Below, one piece after another: positions 18,596-28,829 of a DNA stretch of 64,000 bases (positions are counted from its first letter, which is position 1; each line of letters starts with the position of its first letter). The notes below the pieces were generated by a model. That model did no database searches. It saw only the letters and a program-made list of their open reading frames with translations, and was not told the DNA's origin. The position numbers were made by a program, and so were the translations under genes. Origin of the DNA: Spirochaetia bacterium (GTDB taxonomy: Bacteria > Spirochaetota > Spirochaetia > DSM-2461); assembly GCA_963666985.2 (NCBI GenBank), contig CAXXIA010000002.1, positions 1,312,001 through 1,376,000 on the forward strand. The letters run 5' to 3'.

Positions 18596-19453
18596 ATGCT
18601 CACCGAAGACGAACAGGACCTTCTGGCCTACCTGGAAGGCTTTCTCACACAGCGCCGCAAAGAACGGATGCGGATGGTTCTGGAACAGAGAACCCGCTAT
18701 ATAGCCTGCGTCCTGGAAGATCTCTACGACCCCCGAAACGGCAGCGCCGTTATCCGCCACTGCGACGCCCTGGGCGTCCATGAAATCCATGCCGTTGAAA
18801 ATAAAAACCGTTTCCGTTCCGATGAGCAGGTGGACATGGGCACCGCGCAATGGCTGGATTTGCGGGTCTACCGCAATAACGACGGCATTCCCCGAACCGT
18901 AAAAGCCCGGCGCCGCGCTCTGGCCGAAGCAAAAGCCCGGGCAAAAGTGTCGGCCGCCGCCGGACACTCCGCCGACTCACCCGATGCAGACAAGACCAAT
19001 CCCGAAAACCTCGCAGCCGCGGCAGCCGAGTCCATCAAACCGCCATCCCGCACACCGGCCGTTCTTGCTTCCCTTAAAGACCGCGGATACCGCATCGTCG
19101 CCACGAGCCCTCACACCGATGATGTAACGCCCGAAACCTTGGATTTGGCCTCCGGACCCGTGGCCGTGGTGTTCGGTACCGAAAAATACGGCATCTCCGA
19201 AGCCGTTCGCGAATCGGCCGATGTTTTCCTGCGCATTCCCATGGTGGGATTCGTGGAAAGCTTCAACATCTCGGCCAGCGCCGCCATCGTGTTCCATGTG
19301 CTCTCCGGACGGCTCCGCGGCGAGAATCTCCCCTGGCATCTGGCGCCTGAAGATGCCGAGCGCATCTACTTCAACTGGGTTTGCCGCGGCACACCGCATG
19401 CCGAGAAACTGATTAAAAAGTTCAAAAATATCCGGGAGCAGCGGCACGGATAG
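18596..19453 (+). CDS. trmH: TrmH/SpoU-family tRNA (Gm18) 2'-O-methyltransferase with internal Ala-rich insertion
   Basis: LEDLYDPRN..AVIRHCDALG, VFGTEKYG, IPMVGFVESFNISAS motifs. Confidence 0.85.
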   Translation: MLTEDEQDLLAYLEGFLTQRRKERMRMVLEQRTRYIACVLEDLYDPRNGSAVIRHCDALGVHEIHAVENKNRFRSDEQVDMGTAQWLDLRVYRNNDGIPRTVKARRRALAEAKARAKVSAAAGHSADSPDADKTNPENLAAAAAESIKPPSRTPAVLASLKDRGYRIVATSPHTDDVTPETLDLASGPVAVVFGTEKYGISEAVRESADVFLRIPMVGFVESFNISASAAIVFHVLSGRLRGENLPWHLAPEDAERIYFNWVCRGTPHAEKLIKKFKNIREQRHG

Positions 19454-19591
19454 ACCGCTGAAAGAGGCGAAGAGGAATCCGTTTTTTGGGGCGGCATAGC
19501 CGGCTCTCCGCTCAAACGGCCTAATCCGCCCTGCTTTATCCGGCTTTGCTCTCGCCGGTGCTGGTCGGAAGCACCCCAGAATGGGGTCTCC

Positions 19592-22500
19592 CTACTTCAC
19601 CACCAGCACTTTCCGAATCTGATCAATCCCGCCGGGACCGACGTAACGGACGAAATAAATGCCCCGGGCCACCACGTTGCCCGCGCGGTTCCGGCCGTTC
19701 CAGGAAACCGAATATTCTCCGGCGCTCTGATAGCCTCTCTGGAGAATCTCCACCAAACCGCCGGCCAAATCGAACACCTGTATCACCACGGTTCCGCCTT
19801 GCGAGAGTTCATAATGAATCGTGGTGCGTTCGTTGCGGTTCGGATTGATGATGTTGTTCAGGATGGAAATGCCCCCGGCCTGGGTAACCACGTTGCGAAT
19901 CTTGATGGTCCACGGGCGCACCAGACGGTACCAGTTGCTCGCCGTGTCATCCTCGCAGCGGGCGGCATAAAGATCGGCCGCGGTAAGATAGAAAAAGAAA
20001 TCCAAATCGGTACCGTTCACGATTTTCGAATTCGTGGACAGCCAGTCGCTCGTATTCTCATAAAGATTCGTCGTTAAACCCGTCATGGATCCACTGTCAG
20101 CCGAAGTCCAGGGAGCGGGTACCAGACCCGAAAAATTTCCGTCCGCACCGGTAACTTCGGTGAAACTCGGGAGCCAAAGTCCGTTCGTTTTGTAAGCGGA
20201 TGTCACCGAGTTGTCCCAGTAAAGATCAATCCCCACAGAAGCCAAATCGCTGTGCAGGTGGGCCTGCAGTTCGATATCCTCGTCCTGCAGGAAGTCCGAT
20301 CCGTCGAAGTCCGTGATAATTCCCACACCCACGCCGCCGGAGGGCTGGGTATTCCCCGTGGCCACCACGGGCTCCACCATACCGTTACCGACGATGCCCA
20401 GGGCGATATCCGAAACACGATGGTCGCTGTCGACAAGAACATCGGCCGTATCCACCGGATCACCGGAATCCACGGCATAGGTGCTCGCCGGAGAAGTCAC
20501 ATCCTGCACATTTAAAACGTTTATGCCCGTATTCGCGTAAATTTCGGCTACCGAGACCGAATCGGAGAGAACAAGCAGAGCTTCCCTCATCGAGGAGCCC
20601 GAACTCGGCGTAATCACCGTACAGGAAGAGACCGTCGAACCCAGTCCGCTCACATCAAAGTTGTCCGTCCAATCAGCAGGCGTGCCATCGGTGGATTCCA
20701 GAGGTTCCGAGAAATGAATAAACACCTCGTTTCTCGGAGAATCTGCCACCGCCAAGGTGTAGCCGATAATGGGCGCCGCATCGTCATACGGAATTTCCTC
20801 GTCCTTCGAAGGATAAATCGCCAAAGGCAGCCCTGTAACACCGTTGTCTATAAGAGTGTTGTTCCAGTCGAAACGCCAGGCCGGAGTAATTCCCGTATCC
20901 AGGGAATCCGAGGGCTCAAGATTGATATGGAACTGCGTTGCCGAAGCTCCATCAGACAGACCGGTTACGGTGTAGCCGTCGACCGTTATCCCCACATCGT
21001 CATACGCATTTTGAGAACTTTGCTTCATGCTCACAACAGAGTGAACATTGATATAATCAATCCGGCCGTCGTTATCTTCATCGACCGTTACCGAATAATC
21101 GACATAGACCTCGCGGAACCACCCGATACAGTTATCGTTCCAGGCATTATCCGGCAAAACCTGAGGCTCGCTTGTCGCGTCGGAATCCCGTAAATAAACA
21201 TACTCCAGATTCATTCCCGCGTCGGCGCCTTTTTCGAATTCCCAATAAGTTCCGCTGCTTGAAGAAATCAGGAACACCCACGAACTTCCCGAATCGGGGA
21301 TGGCCGTATTCATCGTGTAAGAGGCCGGAGGCGTGGAACCCCGGACATCGAAATTCGCTCCTGCGTCGTTCGGGATGGTCGTCCTGGCGCCCTGCTCGAA
21401 GTAAACGATTTTACCGCCGACATCGGCAGCGGTGCCGGTTTGATCCAGACAATTAAAACCGTAAAACGTATTGTCTCCGGCAATCAGCGCCGGATAGTCG
21501 CCCAGAAGATTAAAGGTGCCGCTGTTATGCGTGAACGTACCGACGTCATTGTTCAAAGAGCCGTAAAGATTAATCGTGTTGCCGCCGGTGTCCAGGGAAC
21601 CGCCACCAAGAATATAGATGCCCATCAGCTCGGTTTCAGGATCGTAGCTGGATTCCACTGGTTCGGTGAGAACATCGTCTTCATCCCCCGAATGCCCGAA
21701 CACGGTGATATCCTGCCCCATGGTAACGGCGCATCCGTTGATGATGAGGTGCCAGAAGTAGGCCGTCGTATCGGCCGTGCCGTCGGAAAATACAGAAAGA
21801 TCGGCCGCCGCATTATAAAACTCGACAATGCCGAGTTCCTCTTCCTGGGAATAAGGCATATCGATATCGGCGGGGCTGCCGGTTACCCGAAGGCGTCCCA
21901 ATTCGTAGGGAGTGCCGCACGCTGCTCCCGTCCAGCTTGCATCCGTGATAAGCGCGTCGTAGTTGTTGGCAACATCCAGGCTCCAATTGTTCAAATCGAG
22001 AACCGGCGCGGCGGCAAGAGTATTGTCTCCGCTCTTAGTGAAGACCAGGTCGGTTCCGACGGTTAAAGCCAGAGTGCCGCCGGAATCCGTCACCATATCG
22101 AGCAGTGTATCAACACTGCCCGCGACGGTATCGTCGTTCAAGGTCAGATTGTTTACCGCCAGGCTGTAATCGACAACCTGCAGCTCGCAGTCGTCGATAA
22201 CCAGATTCCGGAAATCATTCCCGGCCCCGCCGCTACTCAGCACCGACACCGTATCGGCATCGCTCTGGTCCACGAAAGTAACCGTGGCGCCGCCTGAGCC
22301 TGAATTGAAAGCCGCCGCCGTATCCGAATAGGTCCAATCACCCTCAATCTGAATATCGTAATTTCCAGTGGCCAGCGCACCGCCTCCGGCGCTCACAACC
22401 AAATCCCCATCGATTTGAATATCCGAGTTTAGAGTCAGAGTATTCGCGGCATCCTTGCTGATGGTGATGTTCCCGAACATTTCGCTCGTTGCGCCGATAC

Positions 22501-24436
22501 CGTTGGTGGCAACCGTTGTATTCGAATCTCCTGTAAAAATGACCGTGGAACCGGTGGAATCGAAATAGGAATTCGCGGCGGTGGAAACCCAATCCCCGTA
22601 AAGGGTATGTGTTAGGCCGTTCAAATCCCATGTTCCGGCGGTAAGGGTTAAATCCCCATAGATTGTCCAAATGCCCGTCGAGGTAACGGTATTCCCATTA
22701 TCATTAACAGTCAGATTGTGGAAGTTGTATGCACCGGCGCCGCCCCCGGCGGTGCCGTTCGTGAAAACGACAATCGAATCCACATCATCGTTTGTAAGAT
22801 TATCGCCCGGTGCAAATGACGTCGAGGTAAGGTTACGGCCCACGTTGATTGTGGCCGTCCCGGTAATATCATTAACGGTAACGGTGGTAATCGAAAGATC
22901 CCTCGCGGCGGTCAGTGTAGCCGTATCGGAAATATTGACTGTTCCGCTGCCGGTTATATCCCGGCCCGCGCTGAGAACCTGGTCATCAAGTTCATAAGTG
23001 TTGTTCGCGGCAACATTCACATCCCGGCCCGCATACACATCAACATTCGCCGCCGGTGTGATATCATTTCCCGTCCCAGCAATGAAAATCACATCCTGCG
23101 GCGGTGTCGTTCCGCCGATATCCGCTCCGAGGTTGATATCACCTCCTGCGGTTAGGGTTAGATCATGGGTAGCTGCGGTATTATCGTTCACCGTCGCCGT
23201 ACCGCCGAGATTAATTTCACCGCCGGAAGCTGTAAAATCGGTATCGGCCTGAAGCTGGATAGGATCGTTAAGACTCAGACCGTTCGCATGAGCGGTTGTT
23301 ATGGTATCCGCCGCGTCCGTCTCGGTAATGATGATGGTACCATTCGCATCGAAAACTTGGATTTCACCGGTATTGGCACCGGTATCCACAACCTCGGCGA
23401 TTGTTATATTTCCGCCGGCAACAAAGTCCAGATTATTACCATTGGTAATTATGCCGTTATAGGTTGTGGGGGTATTTTCGGTAATCGAACCGATGGTAAT
23501 GCCGTTGGCATCCTCATATCTGATATATCCCGTCACATCGGCGGCAATCGCGGCCATGCTGTTCCCGCCGGCAATGTCGAGCTCAAAAGGGCCGACTCCC
23601 AGCAGTAGAAGTCCCGTGCCGGAACATGTCGCCGACTGAGAGACCGTACCGCCGGCATCCAGGAAAATATCCCCGTTTCCAGAGGTTAATGCCGCATTCA
23701 GCGTTATCGCCGCTGACGATGTCAAATCGATATCGCCGACGAGCGTATTCGTATTGATTGCCTGACTGACCGTTATATCTCCACCCGTCGAGCTGATCGT
23801 TACCGTATCATTGCTCGTGGTGATGCCGCTCGTCCCGTCGACCGTCCCGACCGTTATCCCCCCGGCCGCGTCCGTGAAGCTGATCGCATCCCCGGTACTC
23901 CCGGCCAGCGTCGTTACCGTGTTGTTTTGGGTCAGCGTATACGGGCCGGTCCCCAACAGCTCCACTCCGGGAGAATTGATGATCTGAGCGGCATTCTGCG
24001 TCACCGCTCCGCCTGAGTTCAAAGAGAAAATGCCCGTCGCCGTTATCGCATTCAACGTCAGATCATCCGTATCACGGATGCTCACCGTCGCACCATTGGT
24101 TACAGCAACCGTTCCAAAATCATTGCCTGCATTGGTGAGCGTTACATTCGCAGCACCGGCGATGATCGTTGTCGTCTGGCCGTCGTTGCTGATCGCTCCA
24201 CTCTGGGTGAGGTTTCCGCCGCTCTGAAGCGTCAAAGCTCCACTCACCGTCGAAGTGCCTATAATCAATGCATCCGTATCCCGGATGCTCACAGCCGCTC
24301 CGCTGGTTATTACGACTGTCGCAAAGTTATTGCTTGCATCATCCAGCGTAATAGCACCGGCTCCGGCCTGAAGCGTCGTTATCCCGCCGCTTGCCGTCAC
24401 AACTCCACTCTGGGTTATGCTGTGAGTCGCTCCCAA
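19592..24436 (-). CDS. C-terminal part of a giant secreted adhesin-like protein, ending in a FlgD-Ig/T9SS-CTD-like domain; continues the 24339..30161 ORF across a frameshift
   Basis: 1614 aa T/G/D/N-rich beta-repeat sequence; begins inside a repeat unit (LGATHSITQ); C-terminus NNIINP...YEL...IQVFDLAG.LV...AGEY...WNGRN..G..VA.GIYF...KVLVVK. Confidence 0.85.
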   Translation of the reverse strand: MGATHSITQSGVVTASGGITTLQAGAGAITLDDASNNFATVVITSGAAVSIRDTDALIIGTSTVSGALTLQSGGNLTQSGAISNDGQTTTIIAGAANVTLTNAGNDFGTVAVTNGATVSIRDTDDLTLNAITATGIFSLNSGGAVTQNAAQIINSPGVELLGTGPYTLTQNNTVTTLAGSTGDAISFTDAAGGITVGTVDGTSGITTSNDTVTISSTGGDITVSQAINTNTLVGDIDLTSSAAITLNAALTSGNGDIFLDAGGTVSQSATCSGTGLLLLGVGPFELDIAGGNSMAAIAADVTGYIRYEDANGITIGSITENTPTTYNGIITNGNNLDFVAGGNITIAEVVDTGANTGEIQVFDANGTIIITETDAADTITTAHANGLSLNDPIQLQADTDFTASGGEINLGGTATVNDNTAATHDLTLTAGGDINLGADIGGTTPPQDVIFIAGTGNDITPAANVDVYAGRDVNVAANNTYELDDQVLSAGRDITGSGTVNISDTATLTAARDLSITTVTVNDITGTATINVGRNLTSTSFAPGDNLTNDDVDSIVVFTNGTAGGGAGAYNFHNLTVNDNGNTVTSTGIWTIYGDLTLTAGTWDLNGLTHTLYGDWVSTAANSYFDSTGSTVIFTGDSNTTVATNGIGATSEMFGNITISKDAANTLTLNSDIQIDGDLVVSAGGGALATGNYDIQIEGDWTYSDTAAAFNSGSGGATVTFVDQSDADTVSVLSSGGAGNDFRNLVIDDCELQVVDYSLAVNNLTLNDDTVAGSVDTLLDMVTDSGGTLALTVGTDLVFTKSGDNTLAAAPVLDLNNWSLDVANNYDALITDASWTGAACGTPYELGRLRVTGSPADIDMPYSQEEELGIVEFYNAAADLSVFSDGTADTTAYFWHLIINGCAVTMGQDITVFGHSGDEDDVLTEPVESSYDPETELMGIYILGGGSLDTGGNTINLYGSLNNDVGTFTHNSGTFNLLGDYPALIAGDNTFYGFNCLDQTGTAADVGGKIVYFEQGARTTIPNDAGANFDVRGSTPPASYTMNTAIPDSGSSWVFLISSSSGTYWEFEKGADAGMNLEYVYLRDSDATSEPQVLPDNAWNDNCIGWFREVYVDYSVTVDEDNDGRIDYINVHSVVSMKQSSQNAYDDVGITVDGYTVTGLSDGASATQFHINLEPSDSLDTGITPAWRFDWNNTLIDNGVTGLPLAIYPSKDEEIPYDDAAPIIGYTLAVADSPRNEVFIHFSEPLESTDGTPADWTDNFDVSGLGSTVSSCTVITPSSGSSMREALLVLSDSVSVAEIYANTGINVLNVQDVTSPASTYAVDSGDPVDTADVLVDSDHRVSDIALGIVGNGMVEPVVATGNTQPSGGVGVGIITDFDGSDFLQDEDIELQAHLHSDLASVGIDLYWDNSVTSAYKTNGLWLPSFTEVTGADGNFSGLVPAPWTSADSGSMTGLTTNLYENTSDWLSTNSKIVNGTDLDFFFYLTAADLYAARCEDDTASNWYRLVRPWTIKIRNVVTQAGGISILNNIINPNRNERTTIHYELSQGGTVVIQVFDLAGGLVEILQRGYQSAGEYSVSWNGRNRAGNVVARGIYFVRYVGPGGIDQIRKVLVVK

Positions 24437-27400
24437 ACCCGGTCACTACCGTCAATGTCCCGGTTACCGTACAAGTTCCTAATATAATCGCATTCATATC
24501 CCGGAATGAGGCATCATTCACGTTATCGATCGTGCCCAGATTTACCGTATCAAAATCACTATCCCCATCAGAGTTCGAAAAATCCAAATCATTATTGTTC
24601 AGATTCACCGTCAGAGTTCCGGCGATGATCGGATTATCTCCGTCTCCAACATTTCCATCACCGCGAAGCGTCAAACTCCCACTCGTCTCCATTCCAGAGA
24701 GTCCCGCGCCAGCCTCAACAACATCAAAGCCATCAACATCCCGATAACTGATCGCTCCGGCAGCACTCGCTCCATCGGCCAGATTCCGGCTCCGAAGACT
24801 TACAGAAGCAAAGGCGTTCCCCGCATTCTCAAGCGTTATCGCTCCACCCGCATCGTTGTAGGTGGTCACAATAAGCGTATCTCCGCTCAATATCCCGCTC
24901 TGACCCACACTGTCCCGGCTGCGCAACTCAAGAGTTCCGCTCACTGCTATCGCCGCCATCGTTATCGCAGGCGTGTTGTACAACGTCACATTCAGCAGCG
25001 ATGTTCCGCTCGAATAATTAAAATCTATCGTTCCCTGTAAATCATTCCAGCCCGCATCCAGCGTTACGCTGTCACCCCCGGGGGCGGTAAAACTGCTCGT
25101 CGAGGTGACCGATAAAACTCCGCTCTGGGTGATATCACCTCCGGCTACCACCGTATAGGTATCACTCACCGTCGAGGTGCCTAAAATCAACTCATTCGAA
25201 TCCACGATGCTCACCGTCGCACCACTGGTTACAGCAACTGTCCCAAAATTATTGCCTGTATTCTCAAGAGTCACATTCGCAGCAACGGCTATAATCGTTG
25301 TCGTCTGACCATCGTTGCTGATCGCTCCAATCTGGGTGAGATTATCTCCAACCGTTCCTCCGGTCTGAAGCGTTAAATCTCCACTCACCGTCGAGGTCCC
25401 GATTTCCAGATCATCTGAATCCACGATGCTTACCGTCGCACCATTGGTTACAGCAACCGTTCCAAAGTCATTGCTCGCATTGGTCAGCGTCACATTCGCA
25501 GCACCGGCTATGATCGTTGTCGTCTGACCATCGTTACTGATCGCTCCAATCTGGGTGAGATTATCTCCAACCGTTCCTCCGGTCTGAAGCGTTAAAGCAC
25601 CGCTAACCGATGAGGTGCCGATTTCCAGATCATCCGTATCACGGATGCTTACCGTCGCACCATTGGTTACAGCAACCGTTCCAAAATCATTGCCTGCATT
25701 GGTGAGCGTTACATTCGCAGCACCGGCGATGATCGTTGTCGTCTGGCCGTCGTTGCTGATCGCTCCACTCTGGGTGAGGTTTCCGCCGCTCTGAAGCGTC
25801 AAAGCTCCACTCACCGTCGAAGTGCCTATAATCAATGCATCCGTATCCCGGATGCTCACAGCCGCTCCGCTGGTTATTACGACTGTCGCAAAGTTATTGC
25901 TTGCATCATCCAGCGTAATAGCACCGGCTCCGGCCTGAAGCGTCGTTATCCCGCCGCTTGCCGTCACAACTCCACTCTGGGTTATGCTGTGAGTCGCTCC
26001 CAAACCGGTCACTACCGTCAATGTCCCGGTTACCGTACAAGTTCCTAATATAATCGCATTCATATCCCGGAATGAGGCATCATTCACGTTATCGATCGTG
26101 CCCAGATTTACCGTATCAAAATCACTATCCCCATCAGAGTTCGAAAAATCCAAATCATTATTGTTCAGATTCACCGTCAGAGTTCCGGCGATGATCGGAT
26201 TATCTCCGTCTCCAACATTTCCATCACCGCGAAGCGTCAAACTCCCACTCGTCTCCATTCCAGAGAGTCCCGCGCCAGCCTCAACAACATCAAAGCCATC
26301 AACATCCCGATAACTGATCGCTCCGGCAGCACTCGCTCCATCGGCCAGATTCCGGCTCCGAAGACTTACAGAAGCAAAGGCGTTCCCCGCATTCTCAAGC
26401 GTTATCGCTCCACCCGCATCGTTGTAGGTGGTCACAATAAGCGTATCTCCGCTCAATATCCCGCTCTGACCCACACTGTCCCGGCTGCGCAACTCAAGAG
26501 TTCCGCTCACTGCTATCGCCGCCATCGTTATCGCAGGCGTGTTGTACAACGTCACATTCAGCAGCGATGTTCCGCTCGAATAATTAAAATCTATCGTTCC
26601 CTGTAAATCATTCCAGCCCGCATCCAGCGTTACGCTGTCACCCCCGGGGGCGGTAAAACTGCTCGTCGAGGTGACCGATAAAACTCCGCTCTGGGTGATA
26701 TCACCTCCGGCTACCACCGTATAGGTATCACTCACCGTCGAGGTGCCTAAAATCAACTCATTCGAATCCACGATGCTCACCGTCGCACCACTGGTTACAG
26801 CAACTGTCCCAAAATTATTGCCTGTATTCTCAAGAGTCACATTCGCAGCAACGGCTATAATCGTTGTCGTCTGACCATCGTTGCTGATCGCTCCAATCTG
26901 GGTGAGATTATCTCCAACCGTTCCTCCGGTCTGAAGCGTTAAATCTCCACTCACCGTCGAGGTCCCGATTTCCAGATCATCTGAATCCACGATGCTTACC
27001 GTCGCACCATTGGTTACAGCAACCGTTCCAAAGTCATTGCTCGCATTGGTCAGCGTCACATTCGCAGCACCGGCTATGATCGTTGTCGTCTGACCATCGT
27101 TACTGATCGCTCCAATCTGGGTGAGATTATCTCCAACCGTTCCTCCGGTCTGAAGCGTTAAAGCACCGCTAACCGATGAGGTGCCGATTTCCAGATCATC
27201 CGTATCACGGATGCTCACCGTCGCACCATTGGTTACAGCAACCGTTCCAAAATCATTGCCTGCATTGGTGAGCGTTACATTCGCAGCACCGGCGATGATC
27301 GTTGTCGTCTGGCCGTCGTTGCTGATCGCTCCACTCTGGGTGAGGTTTCCGCCGCTCTGAAGCGTCAAAGCTCCACTCACCGTCGAAGTGCCTATAATCA

Positions 27401-28829
27401 ATGCATCCGTATCCCGGATGCTCACAGCCGCTCCGCTGGTTATTACGACTGTCGCAAAGTTATTGCTTGCATCATCCAGCGTAATAGCACCGGCTCCGGC
27501 CTGAAGCGTCGTTATCCCGCCGCTTGCCGTCACAACTCCACTCTGGGTTATGCTGTGAGTCGCTCCCAAACCGGTCACTACCGTCAATGTCCCGGTTACC
27601 GTACAAGTTCCTAATATAATCGCATTCATATCCCGGAATGAGGCATCATTCACGTTATCGATCGTGCCCAGATTTACCGTATCAAAATCACTATCCCCAT
27701 CAGAGTTCGAAAAATCCAAATCATTATTGTTCAGATTCACCGTCAGAGTTCCGGCGATGATCGGATTATCTCCGTCTCCAACATTTCCATCACCGCGAAG
27801 CGTCAAACTCCCACTCGTCTCCATTCCAGAGAGTCCCGCGCCAGCCTCAACAACATCAAAGCCATCAACATCCCGATAACTGATCGCTCCGGCAGCACTC
27901 GCTCCATCGGCCAGATTCCGGCTCCGAAGACTTACAGAAGCAAAGGCGTTCCCCGCATTCTCAAGCGTTATCGCTCCACCCGCATCGTTGTAGGTGGTCA
28001 CAATAAGCGTATCTCCGCTCAATATCCCGCTCTGACCCACACTGTCCCGGCTGCGCAACTCAAGAGTTCCGCTCACTGCTATCGCCGCCATCGTTATCGC
28101 AGGCGTGTTGTACAACGTCACATTCAGCAGCGATGTTCCGCTCGAATAATTAAAATCTATCGTTCCCTGTAAATCATTCCAGCCCGCATCCAGCGTTACG
28201 CTGTCACCCCCGGGGGCGGTAAAACTGCTCGTCGAGGTGACCGATAAAACTCCGCTCTGGGTGATATCACCTCCGGCTACCACCGTATAGGTATCACTCA
28301 CCGTCGAGGTGCCTAAAATCAACTCATTCGAATCCACGATGCTCACCGTCGCACCACTGGTTACAGCAACTGTCCCAAAATTATTGCCTGTATTCTCAAG
28401 AGTCACATTCGCAGCAACGGCTATAATCGTTGTCGTCTGACCATCGTTGCTGATCGCTCCAATCTGGGTGAGATTATCTCCAACCGTTCCTCCGGTCTGA
28501 AGCGTTAAATCTCCACTCACCGTCGAGGTCCCGATTTCCAGATCATCTGAATCCACGATGCTTACCGTCGCACCATTGGTTACAGCAACCGTTCCAAAGT
28601 CATTGCTCGCATTGGTCAGCGTCACATTCGCAGCACCGGCTATGATCGTTGTCGTCTGACCATCGTTACTGATCGCTCCAATCTGGGTGAGATTATCTCC
28701 AACCGTTCCTCCGGTCTGAAGCGTTAAAGCACCGCTAACCGATGAGGTGCCGATTTCCAGATCATCCGTATCACGGATGCTCACCGTCGCACCATTGGTT
28801 ACAGCAACCGTTCCAAAATCATTGCCTGC
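24059..28829. repeat. About 3 tandem near-identical 1566-bp (522-codon) repeats, each built of ~70-aa sub-repeats
   Basis: Same sequence starts at 24059, 25626, 27192 and (partially) 28758; sub-repeat spacing 219 bp (25321 vs 25540). Confidence 0.95.

Noticed and set aside
19454..19591. GC-rich convergent intergenic segment with short hairpins, possibly a degenerate repeat element
   Set aside because: No second copy in the window and no convincing terminal repeats.
24391..27879. Repeated small + strand ORFs (MPRFTVSKS...)
   Set aside because: Antisense by-products of the 1566-bp tandem repeat.
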